Positions 22,401-34,700 of a stretch of DNA of 64,000 nt are shown here, piece by piece. The stretch is from the NCBI RefSeq assembly GCF_039654945.1, contig NW_027361881.1:10540001-10604000 (forward strand), in the 5' to 3' direction. Position 1 is the stretch's first letter, and each line of letters opens with the position of its first letter. This DNA comes from Dendrobates tinctorius (Eukaryota). The position numbers and the translations under genes are program-made. The notes beneath the pieces are model-generated. The model searched no databases. It was not told the DNA's origin and was given only the letters and a program-made list of their open reading frames with translations.

Positions 22401-25400
22401 GAGCAGTGTCTGTGGTGCAGTTCCTTCTGGCTCCTTTAAGGGCAGTGTCTGTGGTGCGGCTCCTTCAAGGGCAGTGTCTGCGGTGCAGTTCCTTCTGGCT
22501 CCTTTAAGGGCAGTGTCTGTGGTGCGGCTCCTTCAAGGGCAGTGTCTGTGGTGCGGTTCCTTCTGGCTCCTTTAAGGGCAGTGTCTGTGGTGCGGCTCCT
22601 TTAAGGGCAGTGTCTGTGGTGCGGCTCCTTTAAGGGCAGTGTCTGTGGTGCGGCTCCTTTAAGGGCAGTGTCTGTGGTGCGGTTCCTTCTGGCTCCTTTA
22701 AGGGCAGTGTCTGCGGTGCGGCTCCTTTAAGGGCAGTGTCTGCGGTGCGGCTCCTTTAAGGGCAGTGTCTGCGGTGCGGCTCCTTTAAGGGCAGTGTCTG
22801 TGGTGCAGTTCCTTCTGGCTCCTTTAAGGGCAGTGTCTGTGGTGCGGCTCCTTTAAGAGCAGTGTCTGTGGTGCGGCTCCTTTAAGGGCAGTGTCTGTGG
22901 TGCGGCTCCTTTAAGAGCAGTGTCTGTGGTGCGGCTCCTTTAAGGGCAGTGTCTGCGGTGCAGTTCCTTCTGGCTCCTTTAAGGGCAGTGTCTGTGGTGC
23001 GGCTCCTTTAAGGGCAGTGTCTGTGGTGCGGCTCCTTTAAGGGCAGTGTCTGTGGTGCGGCTCCTTTAAGGGCAGTGTCTGTGGTGCGGCTCCTTTAAGG
23101 GCAGTGTCTGTGGTGCGGCTCCTTTAAGGGCAGTGTCTGCGGTGCGGCTCCTTTAAGGGCAGTGTCTGTGGTGCAGTTCCTTCTGGCTCCTTTAAGGACA
23201 GTGTCTGTGGTGCGGCTCCTTTAAGGGCAGTGTCTGTGGTGCGGCTCCTTTAAGGGCAGTGTCTGTGGTGCGGCTCCTTTAAGGGCAGTGTCTGTGGTGC
23301 GGCTCCTTTAAGAGCAGTGTCTGTGGTGCAGTTCTTTCTGGCTCCTTTAAGGGCAGTGTCTGTGGTGCGGCTCCTTTAAGGGCAGTGTCTGTGGTGCAGT
23401 TCCTTTAAGGGCAGTGTCTGTGGTGCGGCTCCTTTAAGGGCAGTGTCTGTGGTGCGGCTCCTTTAAGGGCAGTGTCTGTGGTGCGGCTCCTTTAAGGGCA
23501 GTGTCTGTGGTGCGGCTCCTTTAAGGGCAGTGTCTGTGGTGCGGCTCCTTTAAGGGCAGTGTCTGTGGTGCGGCTCCTTTAAGGGCAGTGTCTGTGGTGC
23601 GGCTCCTTTAAGGGCAGTGTCTGTGGTGCGGTTCCTTCTGGCTCCTTTAAGGGCAGTGTCTGCGGTGCGGCTCCTTTAAGGGCAGTGTCTGTGGTGCAGT
23701 TCCTTCTGGCTCCTTTAAGGGCAGTGTCTGCGGTGCGGCTCCTTTAAGGGCAGTGTCTGTGGTGCGGTTCCTTCTGGCTCCTTTAAGGGCAGTGTCTGCG
23801 GTGCGGCTCCTTTAAGAGCAGTGTCTGTGGTGCGGCTCCTTTAAGGGCAGTGTCTGCGGTGCAGTTCCTTCTGGCTCCTTTAAGGGCAGTGTCTGTGGTG
23901 CGGCTCCTTCAAGGGCAGTGTCTGTGGTGCGGTTCCTTCTGGCTCCTTTAAGGACAGTGTCTGTGGTGTGGCTCCTTTAAGGGCAGTGTCTGTGGTGTGG
24001 CTCCTTTAAGGGCAGTGTCTGTGGTGTGGCTCCTTTAAGGGCAGTGTCTGTGGTGTGGCTCCTTTAAGGGCAGTGTCTGTGGTGCGGCTCCTTTAAGGGC
24101 AGTGTCTGTGGTGCGGTTCCTTCTGGCTCCTTTAAGGGCAGTGTCTGCGGTGCGGCTCCTTTAAGGGCAGTGTCTGCGGTGCGGCTCCTTTAAGGGCAGT
24201 GTCTGCGGTGCGGCTCCTTTAAGGGCAGTGTCTGCGGTGCGGCTCCTTTAAGAGCAGTGTCTGTGGTGTGGCTCCTTTAAGAGCAGTGTCTGTGGTGCGG
24301 TTCCTTCTGGCTCCTTTAAGGACAGTGTCTGTGGTGCGGCTCCTTTAGGCTGAGTTCACACGTGGCGTTTTTTTCGCGTTTCCGCGGCGGTTTTAACCAC
24401 GCGATTTTGCCGCGAAAACGCGAAAAATAAGCATCCCATGCATTCCTATGGGATTCCGCAATGCTGTGCTAATGCTGCGGTTTTTACCGCGGCGGAATCG
24501 CTTCGCGGTAAAAACCGCAGCATGCTCATTAATTTGCGGAATCGCAGCGATCCCGCACCCATAGGAATGCATTGTTCTGCTTACTTTCCGCATGTGGCTG
24601 TGCACACCATGCGGAAAGTAAGCAGAACAATTGCGGATGGTACCCACGGTCCGGAGGAGAGGAGACTGTCCTCCGGGCTCTGGGTACCATATCCCTGTAA
24701 AAAATAGAATTTAAAAATAAAAAATATTGTTATTCTCACCCTCCGACGTCCCGCGCAGCCTTGCCGCTTCTCTTCACGCTCCCGTTCCCAGTAGTCCTTT
24801 GCGAAAATTCCCGCGATGGCGTCCGTTCTCGCGGGATGGCGAAGTCTCGCGGTCATTAGCGCGATGTCATCGCGAATTACCGCGAGACGTCGCGATCCCG
24901 CGAGAACTGACGTCATCGCGGGCGTTTTCGCAAAGGATTACTGGGAACGGCTGCGCGGGACGTCGGAGGGTGAGAATAACACTATTTTTTATTTTTTTTT
25001 TACATTCTATCTTTTACTACTGATGCTGCATAGGCGGCCTCAGTAGTAAAAAGTTGGTCACACTCGTCAAACACTATGTTTGACGAGTGTGACCAACCTG
25101 TCAATCAGTTCTCCAAGCGATGCTACAGATCGCTTGGAGAACGCTAGCATTTTACAAGCTAATTACGCTTGCAAAATGCTAGTTTTTCCGCGGGAAAATC
25201 GCGGGAATTTAAAATGCGATTTTCCCGCGGACTGGAATTCCGGAATTCTCGCGGTAATTTCCGCGAGAGTTCCGGTACGTGTGCACTTAGCCTTAAGGGC
25301 AGTGTCTGTGGTGCGGTTCCTTCTGGCTCCTTTAAGGACAGTGTCTGTGGTGCGGCTCCTTTAAGAGCAGTGTCTGTGGTGCGGCTCCTTTAAGGGCAGT

Positions 25401-28400
25401 GTCTGCGGTGCGGTTCCTTCTGGCTCCTTTAAGGGCAGTGTCTGTGGTGCGGCTCCTTCAAGGGCAGTGTCTGTGGTGCGGTTCCTTCTGGCTCCTTTAA
25501 GGGCAGTGTCTGCGGTGCGGCTCCTTTAAGGGCAGTGTCTGCGGTGCGGCTCCTTTAAGGGCAGTGTCTGTGGTGCGGCTCCTTTAAGGGCAGTGTCTGT
25601 GGTGCGGTTCCTTCTGGCTCCTTTAAGGGCAGTGTCTGCGGTGCGGCTCCTTTAAGGGCAGTGTCTGCGGTGCGGCTCCTTTAAGGGCAGTGTCTGCGGT
25701 GCGGCTCCTTTAAGGGCAGTGTCTGCGGTGCGGCTCCTTTAAGGGCAGTGTCTGCGGTGCGGCTCCTTTAAGGGCAGTGTCTGCGGTGCAGTTCCTTCTG
25801 GCTCCTTTAAGGACAGTGTCTGTGGTGCGGCTCCTTTAAGAGCAGTGTCTGCGGTGCGGCTCCTTTAAGGGCAGTGTCTGCGGTGCGGCTCCTTTAAGAG
25901 CAGAGTCTGTGGTGCGGCTCCTTTAAGGGCAGTGTCTGCGGTGCAGTTCCTTCTGGCTCCTTTAAGGGCAGTGTCTGTGGTGCGGCTCCTTTAAGGGCAG
26001 TGTCTGTGGTGCGGCTCCTTTAAGAGCAGTGTCTGTGGTGCAGTTCCTTCTGGCTCCTTTAAGGGCAGTGTCTGTGGTGCGGCTCCTTCAAGGGCAGTGT
26101 CTGCGGTGCAGTTCCTTCTGGCTCCTTTAAGGGCAGTGTCTGTGGTGCGGCTCCTTCAAGGGCAGTGTCTGCGGTGCAGTTCCTTCTGGCTCCTTTAAGG
26201 GCAGTGTCTGTGGTGCGGCTCCTTTAAGGGCAGTGTCTGTGGTGCAGTTCCTTCTGGCTCCTTTAAGGGCAGTGTCTGTGGTGCGGCTCCTTTAAGGGCA
26301 GTGTCTGTGGTGCGGCTCCTTTAAGGGCAGTGTCTGTGGTGCGGCTCCTTTAAGAGCAGTGTCTGTGGTGCGGCTCCTTTAAGGGCAGTGTCTGCGGTGC
26401 AGTTCCTTCTGGCTCCTTTAAGGGCAGTGTCTGTGGTGCGGCTCCTTTAAGGGCAGTGTCTGTGGTGCGGCTCCTTTAAGAGCAGTGTCTGTGGTGCAGT
26501 TCCTTCTGGCTCCTTTAAGGGCAGTGTCTGTGGTGCGGCTCCTTCAAGGGCAGTGTCTGTGGTGCGGTTCCTTCTGGCTCCTTTAAGGGCAGTGTCTGTG
26601 GTGCGGCTCCTTTAAGGGCAGTGTCTGTGGTGTGGCTCCTTTAAGGGCAGTGTCTGTGGTGCGGCTCCTTTAAGGGCAGTGTCTGTGGTGCGGTTCCTTC
26701 TGGCTCCTTTAAGGGCAGTGTCTGCGGTGCGGCTCCTTTAAGGGCAGTGTCTGCGGTGCGGCTCCTTTAAGGGCAGTGTCTGTGGTGCAGTTCCTTCTGG
26801 CTCCTTTAAGGACAGTGTCTGTGGTGCGGCTCCTTTAAGAGCAGTGTCTGTGGTGCGGCTCCTTTAAGAGCAGTGTCTGTGGTGCGGCTCCTTTAAGGGC
26901 AGTGTCTGCGGTGCAGTTCCTTCTGGCTCCTTCAAGGGCAGTGTCTGTGGTGCGGCTCCTTCAAGGGCAGTGTCTGTGGTGCGGTTCCTTCTGGCTCCTT
27001 TAAGGACAGTGTCTGTGGTGCGGCTCCTTTAAGAGCAGTGTCTGTGGTGCGGCTCCTTTAAGGGCAGTGTCTGTGGTGCGGCTCCTTTAAGGGCAGTGTC
27101 TGTGGTGCGGCTCCTTTAAGGGCAGTGTCTGTGGTGCGGCTCCTTTAAGGGCAGTGTCTGCGGTGCGGCTCCTTTAAGGGCAGTGTCTGTGGTGCAGTTC
27201 CTTCTGGCTCCTTTAAGGACAGTGTCTGTGGTGCGGCTCCTTTAAGAGCAGTGTCTGCGGTGCGGCTCCTTTAAGGGCAGTGTCTGTGGTGCGGCTCCTT
27301 TAAGGGGAGTGTCTGCGGTGCAGTTCCTTCTGGCTCCTTTAAGGGCAGTGTCTGTGGTGCGGCTCCTTTAAGGGCAGTGTCTGTGGTGCGGCTCCTTTAA
27401 GAGCAGTGTCTGTGGTGCAGTTCTTTCTGGCTCCTTTAAGGGCAGTGTCTGTGGTGCGGCTCCTTTAAGGGCAGTGTCTGTGGTGCGGCTCCTATAAGGG
27501 CAGTGTCTGTGGTGCGGCTCCTTTAAGGGCAGTGTCTGTGGTGCGGCTCCTTTAAGGGCAGTGTCTGTGGTGCGGCTCCTTTAAGGGCAGTGTCTGTGGT
27601 GCGGTTCCTTCTGGCTCCTTTAAGGGCAGTGTCTGCGGTGCGGCTCCTTTAAGGGCAGTGTCTGTGGTGCAGTTCCTTCTGGCTCCTTTAAGGACAGTGT
27701 CTGTGGTGCGGCTCCTTTAAGAGCAGTGTCTGCGGTGCGGCTCCTTTAAGGGCAGTGTCTGTGGTGCGGCTCCTTTAAGAGCAGTGTCTGTGGTGCGGCT
27801 CCTTTAAGGGCAGTGTCTGCGGTGCAGTTCCTTCTGGCTCCTTTAAGGGCAGTGTCTGTGGTGTGGCTCCTTTAAGGGCAGTGTCTGTGGTGTGGCTCCT
27901 TTAAGGGCAGTGTCTGTGGTGTGGCTCCTTTAAGGGCAGTGTCTGTGGTGTGGCTCCTTTAAGGGCAGTGTCTGTGGTGCGGCTCCTTTAAGGGCAGTGT
28001 CTGTGGTGCGGTTCCTTCTGGCTCCTTTAAGGGCAGTGTCTGCGGTGCGGCTCCTTTAAGGGCAGTGTCTGCGGTGCGGCTCCTTTAAGGGCAGTGTCTG
28101 CGGTGCGGCTCCTTTAAGGGCAGTGTCTGCGGTGCGGCTCCTTTAAGAGCAGTGTCTGTGGTGCGGTTCCTTCTGGCTCCTTTAAGGACAGTGTCTGTGG
28201 TGCGGCTCCTTTAGGCTGAGTTCACATGTGGCGTTTTTTTCGCGTTTCCGCGGCGGTTTTAACCGCGCGATTTTGCCGCGAAAACGCGAAAAATAAGCAT
28301 CCCATGCATTCCTATGGGATTCCGCAATGCTGTGCTAATGCTGCGGTTTTTACCGCGGCGGAATCGCTTCGCGGTAAAAACCTCAGCATGCTCATTAATT

Positions 28401-31005
28401 TGCGGAATCGCGGCGATCCCGCACCCATAGGAATGCATTGTTCTGCTTACTTTCCGCATGTGGCTGTGCACACCATGCGGAAAGTAAGCAGAACAATTGC
28501 GGATGGTACCCACGGTCTGGAGGAGAGGAGACTGTCCTCCGGGCTCTGGGTACCATATCCCTGTAAAAAATAGAATTTAAAAATAAAAAATATTGTTATT
28601 CTCACCCTCCGACGTCCCGCGCAGCCTTGCCGCTTCTCTTCACGCTCCCGTTCCCAGTAGTCCTTTGCGAAAATTCCCGCGATGGCGTCCGTTCTCGCGG
28701 GATGGCGAAGTCTCGCGGTCATTAGCGCGATGTCATCGCGAATTACCGCGAGACGTCGCGATCCCGCGAGAACTGACGTCATCGCGGGCATTTTCGCAAA
28801 GGATTACTGGGAACGGCTGCGCGGGACGTCGGAGGGTGAGAATAACACTATTTTTTATTTTTTTTTTACATTCTATCTTTTACTACTGATGCCGCATAAG
28901 CAGCCTCAGTAGTAAAAAGTTGGTCACACTCGTCAAACACTATGTTTGACGAGTGTGACCAACCTGTCAATCAGTTCTCCAAGCGATGCTACAGATCGCT
29001 TGGAGAACGCTAGCATTTTGCAAGCTAATTACGCTTGCAAAATGCTAGTTTTTCCGCGGGAAAATCGCGGGAATTTAAAATGCGATTTTCCCGCGGACTG
29101 GAATTCCGGAATTCTCGCGGTAATTTCCGCGAGAGTTCCGGTACGTGTGCACTTAGCCTTAAGGGCAGTGTCTGTGGTGCGGCTCCTTTAAGGGCAGTGT
29201 CTGCGGTGCGGCTCCTTTAAGGGCAGTGTCTGTGGTGCGGTTCCTTCTGGCTCCTTTAAGGGCAGTGTCTGTGGTGCGGCTCCTTTAAGGGCGGTGTCTG
29301 TGGTGCGGCTCCTTTAAGGGCAGTGTCTGCGGTGCGGCTCCTTTAAGGGCAGTGTCTGTGGTGCGGTTCCTTCTGGCTCCTTTAAGGGCAGTGTCTGCGG
29401 TGCGGCTCCTTTAAGGGCGGTGTCTGTGGTGCGGTTCCTTCTGGCTCCTTTAAGGGCAGTGTCTGTGGTGCGGTTCCTTCTGGCTCCTTTAAGGGCAGTG
29501 TCTGTGGTGCGGTTCCTTCTGGCTCCTTTAAGGGCGGTGTCTGTGGTGCGGCTCCTTTAAGAGCAGTGTCTGCGGTGCGGCTCCTTTAAGGGCAGTGTCT
29601 GTGGTGCGGTTCCTTCTGGCTCCTTTAAGGGCAGTGTCTGCGGTGCGGCTCCTTTAAGGGCGGTGTCTGTGGTGCGGTTCCTTCTGGCTCCTTTAAGGGC
29701 AGTGTCTGTGGTGCGGTTCCTTCTGGCTCCTTTAAGGGCAGTGTCTGCGGTGCGGCTCCTTTAAGGGCGGTGTCTGTGGTGCGGTTCCTTCTGGCTCCTT
29801 TAAGGGCAGTGTCTGTGGTGCGGTTCCTTCTGGCTCCTTTAAGGGCAGTGTCTGTGGTGCGGTTCCTTCTGGCTCCTTTAAGGGCGGTGTCTGTGGTGCG
29901 GCTCCTTTAAGGGCGGTGTCTGTGGTGCGGCTCCTTTAAGAGCAGTGTCTGTGGTGTGGTTCCTTCTGGCTCCTTTAAGGGCGGTGTCTGAGGTGCGGCT
30001 CCTTTAAGGGCGGTGTCTGCGGTGCGGCTCCTTTAAGGGCGGTGTCTGCGGTGCGGCTCCTTTAAGGGCAGTGTCTGCGGTGCGGCTCCTTTAAGGGCAG
30101 TGTCTGCGGTGCGGCTCCTTTAAGGGCAGTGTCTGCGGTGCGGCTCCTTTAAGGGCAGTGTCTGCGGTGCGGCTCCTTTAAGGGCAGTGTCTGCGGTGCG
30201 GCTCCTTTAAGGGCAGTGTCTGCGGTGCGGCTCCTTTAAGGGCAGTGTCTGCGGTGCGGCTCCTTTAAGGGCAGTGTCTGCGGTGCGGCTCCTTTAAGGG
30301 CAGTGTCTGCGGTGCGGCTCCTTTAAGGGCAGTGTCTGCGGTGCGGTTCCTTCTGGCTCCTTTAAGGGCGGTGTCTGCGGTGCGGCTCCTTTAAGGGCAG
30401 TGTCTGTGGTGCGGTTCCTTCTGGCTCCTTTAAGGGCGGTGTCTGCGGTGCGGCTCCTTTAAGGGCGGTGTCTGTGGTGCGGCTCCTTTAAGGGCGGTGT
30501 CTGTGGTGCGGTTCCTTCTGGCTCCTTTAAGGGCAGTGTCTGTTCTCAGCTCGCACTCGGTGACTGCTGACGTCTCGATCTCGGAGACGGCGAAGGCGGC
30601 GGAGTTCTTCTTGGCGGATGGCGTCATACTGACCGGAGTCGCTACCGGGCAAGAAGCCGATCCGGCGGAACTGAAAGGTGGAGTATCAATGGAACCTGCT
30701 GACTCGCAGCTGCAGCTTCGTTACAGTTGCGTCAGTGCAGATAAACCCCGACTGTGGGGTTCCGTTCTCTCGTTGTTTGGTCATTCTCCCTGACCCGTTT
30801 TCTTTCCATCGTAGAGGTGCAGCGCTCCGTCCGCATCCCCGCGCTTGTCGGATCTGGGGTGACGCTGGACAATGTGGAGACGTACGCGGACGCCGCTGGC
30901 CTGATCATCGGCTCCTACTTCAAACATAGCGGCGACTGGAGGAAGAGCGTGGAGTATGACAGAGTGGTGGCGTTCATGGACAGGATCAACCACCTGCGGG
31001 GCTGA
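19411..31005 (+). CDS. BtpA/SgcQ-family TIM-barrel protein (F13E9.13-like), 268 aa
   Basis: Exons 19411-19483, 19561-19643, 20571-20751, 21558-21708, 30550-30677, 30815-31005 = 807 nt, in frame. Family motifs GMVHVKALPGTP, DGLIVENMNDVPY, DFIRAEGFVFSHVADEG, ADIKKKH, ADGVILTG..TG, LVGSGVT..N, IIGSYFK. AATAAA at ~31099. Confidence 0.92.
19975..20455. repeat. 20-25-bp intronic minisatellite
   Basis: CCCCTCATATA(GTATA)ATGTAGC repeats in BtpA-like intron 2. Confidence 0.9.
20884..21280. repeat. 42-bp intronic minisatellite
   Basis: CCCAGCTTTCCCAGTATCCTCAATGGTAAACCTAGGCTGTAA, about 9 copies, in BtpA-like intron 3. Confidence 0.9.
24348..25292. mobile_element. Non-autonomous Harbinger-type MITE, copy 1 (945 bp)
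   Basis: TIRs GGCTGAGTTCACACGT / GGCTAAGTGCACACGT (revcomp). Perfect TTA TSD (24345-24347, 25293-25295). CpG-rich interior made of nested palindromes, with no coding capacity. Confidence 0.93.
28214..29158. mobile_element. Non-autonomous Harbinger-type MITE, copy 2 (945 bp)
   Basis: Same element and orientation, TTA TSD (28211-28213, 29159-29161). About 10 substitutions versus copy 1, counted by eye. Confidence 0.93.
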
Positions 31006-31790
31006 TGGGGCGATCGGCTGCTGCTGCCCCCTAGTGGTGGGGTAGAGCCCCCAGGACCTCGGCCCCGTACATTTCACTTTAATATTTTTCACTTGACAAA
31101 TAAAAAATAAAATGTTGAATACTTTGTTTTTTTCTGACTTTAGATACAAATGATCGCGGTTCTGTCTACTATAGTAACTCCGGCGTCGGTCACTGCGGAG
31201 CGATAGCAAAGGGGCAGTCCAGGATTGCAGAAATAGCGCCACCCCGTCTACAGGCAGGGTGTGGGACTGCAGCTCTCTACCAGTCACTTCACCTGCGCTG
31301 ATCTGCAGTTCAGAGGGGCGGGCTGTTTTTTGGAAAAACCCTTTAAAATGGGTTTTGGTCTTAAAGGGACCCCGTCACTTATTTCTGCTCAATAAACCAG
31401 TGTCAGCCGGGATTGTAGAGAGCAACAATGGAAACCAAAGAGGCTGCACAGGGCAGGGCAGAGAGTGGGTGTAATGCTGCTTTTCTCCTGTGGAAGCGCT
31501 GTTGGATACTGGAACACTTACTGCCAGGTTCTCCTGCAGATCTCTGGAGTCTCCGCAGTACAACGCCCCATGACCTGCTGATATTCGGGGACATTCCCGT
31601 CACAGCGACAGCGGCTCAGTCCTCGAATTTCTGGTTCTTACAAGAGACGTCTGATCCCCGAAAACTTCACATCCGTCCTGATGGCAGCGATGGGTCAGAG
31701 GGGTCAACTCACCGAGTACAGGTTGAGACATGACCACCATCACTATGTACCTGTGTAACTGGACAGGGGGCAGACACAGCCGAACAGTGA

Positions 31791-34700
31791 ATTACTGACC
31801 CTGAGTTACATCCTGTATTATACCCCAGAGCTGCACTCACTATTCTGCTGGTGCAGTCACTGTGTACATACATTACATTACTGATCCTGAGTTACCTCCT
31901 GTATTATACCCCAGAGCTGCACTCACTATTCTGCTGGTGCAGTCACTGTGTACATACATTACATTACTGATCCTGAGTTACATCCTGTATTATACTCCAG
32001 AGCTGCACTCACTATTCTGCTGGTGCAGTCACTGTGTACATACATTACATTACTGATCCTGAGTTACATCCTGTATTCTACTCCAGAGCTGCACTCACTA
32101 TTCTGCTGGTGCAGTCACTGTGTACATACATTACTGATCCTGAGTTACATCCTGTATTATACCCCAGAGCTGCACTCACTATTCTGCTGGTGCAGTCACT
32201 GTGTACATACATTACATTACTGATCCTGAGTTACATTCTGTATTATACTCCAGAGCTGCGCTCACTATTCTGCTGGTGCAGTCACTGTGTACATACATTA
32301 CATTACTGATCCTGAGTTACATCCTGTATTCTACTCCAGAGCTGCACTCACTATTCTGCTGGTGCAGTCACTGTGTACATACATTACATTACTGACCCTG
32401 AGTTACATCCTGTATTCTACTCCAGAGCTGCACTCACTATTCTGCTGGTGCAGTCACTGTGTACATACATTACATTACTGATCCTGAGTTACATCCTGTA
32501 TTATACTCCAGAGCTGCACTCACTATTCTGCTGGTGTAGTCACTGTGTACATACATTACTGATCCTGAGTTACATCCTGTATTCTACTCCAGAGCTGCAC
32601 TCACTATTCTGCTGGTGCAGTCACTGTGTACATACATTACATTACTAACCCTGAGTTACATCCTGTATTCTACTCCAGAGTTGCACTCACTATTCTGCTG
32701 GTGTAGTCACTGTGTACATACATTACATTACTGACCCTGAGTTACATCCTGTATTATACTCCAGAGCTGCACTCACTATTCTGCTGGTGTAGTCACTGTG
32801 TACATAGATTACATTACTGATCCTGAGTTACATCCTGTATTATACTCCAGAGCTGCACTCACTATTCTGCTGGTACAGTCACTGTGTGCATACGTTACTG
32901 ATTCTGAGTTACATCCTGTATTATACCCCAGAGCTGCACTCACTATTCTGCTGGTGCAGTCAGGGTATACATACATTACATTACTGATCCTGAGTTATAT
33001 CCTGTATTATACTCCAGAGCTGCACTCACTATTCTGCTGGTGCAGTCAGGGTGTACATACATTACATTACTGATCCTGAGTTATATCCTTTATTATACCC
33101 CAGAGCTGCACTCACTATTCTGCTGGTGCAGTCACTGTGTACACACATTACATTACTGATCCTGAGTTACATCCTGTATTATACCCCAGAGCTGCACTCA
33201 CTATTCTGCTGGTGCAGTTACTGTGTACATACATTACTGATCCTGAGTTATATCCTGTATTATACTCCAGAGCTGCACTCACTATTCTGCTGGTGCAGTC
33301 AGGGTGTAAATACATTACATTACTGATCCTGAGTTATATCCTTTATTATACCCCAGAGCTGCACTCACTATTCTGCTGGTGCAGTCACTGTGTACATACA
33401 TTACATTACTGATCCTGAGTTATATCCTGTATTATACACCAGAGCTGCACTCACTATTCTGCTGGTGCAGTCACTGTGTACATACATTACATTACTGATC
33501 CTGAGTTACATCCTGTATTATACTCCAGAGCTGCACTCACTATTCTGCTGGTGCAGTCACTGTGTATATACATTACTGATCCTGAGTTACATCCTGTATT
33601 ATACCCCAGAGCTGCACTCACTATTCTGCTGGTGCAGTCAGGGTATACATACATTACATTACTGATCCTGAGTTATATCCTGTATTATACTCCAGAGCTG
33701 CACTCACTATTCTGCTGGTGCAGTCAGGGTGTACATACATTACATTACTGATCCTGAGTTATATCCTTTATTATACCCCAGAGCTGCACTCACTATTCTG
33801 CTGGTGCAGTCACTGTGTACACACATTACATTACTGATCCTGAGTTACATCCTGTATTATACCCCAGAGCTGCACTCACTATTCTGCTGGTGCAGTTACT
33901 GTGTACATACATTACTGATCCTGAGTTATATCCTGTATTATACTCCAGAGCTGCACTCACTATTCTGCTGGTGCAGTCAGGGTGTACATACATTACATTA
34001 CTGATCCTGAGTTATATCCTTTATTATACCCCAGAGCTGCACTCACTATTCTGCTGGTGCAGTCACTGTGTACATACATTACATTACTGATCCTGAGTTA
34101 TATCCTGTATTATACACCAGAGCTGCACTCACTATTCTGCTGGTGCAGTCACTGTGTACATACATTACATTACTGATCCTGAGTTACATCCTGTATTATA
34201 CTCCAGAGCTGCACTCACTATTCTGCTGGTGCAGTCACTGTGTATATACATTACTGATCCTGAGTTACATCCTGTATTATACCCCAGAGCTGCACTCACT
34301 ATTCTGCTGGTGCAGTCAGGGTATACATACATTACATTACTGATCCTGAGTTATATCCTGTATTATACTCCAGAGCTGCACTCACTATTCTGCTGGTGCA
34401 GTCAGGGTGTACATACATTACATTACTGATCCTGAGTTATATCCTTTATTATACCCCAGAGCTGCACTCACTATTCTGCTGGTGCAGTCACTGTGTACAC
34501 ACATTACATTACTGATCCTGAGTTACATCCTGTATTATACCCCAGAGCTGCACTCACTATTCTGCTGGTGCAGTTACTGTGTACATACATTACTGATCCT
34601 GAGTTATATCCTGTATTATACTCCAGAGCTGCACTCACTATTCTGCTGGTGCAGTCAGGGTGTACATACATTACATTACTGATCCTGAGTTATATCCTTT

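Larger units (their letters stand above)
21801..30543. repeat. 29/39-bp minisatellite filling BtpA-like intron 4 (interrupted by two MITEs)
   Basis: GGCTCCTTTAAGGGCAGTGTCTG(T/C)GGTGC with an optional 10-bp (G/A)GTTCCTTCT insert. The last unit runs straight into TGTTCTCAG|exon 5. Confidence 0.98.

Noticed and set aside
21801-30543. CRISPR-like appearance of short regular repeats
   Set aside because: No unique spacers, no cas genes, and a spliceosomal-intron eukaryotic context.
19411-31005. Bacterial contamination or recent horizontal transfer of btpA
   Set aside because: Five GT-AG introns filled with host repeats and a position inside a vertebrate syntenic block.
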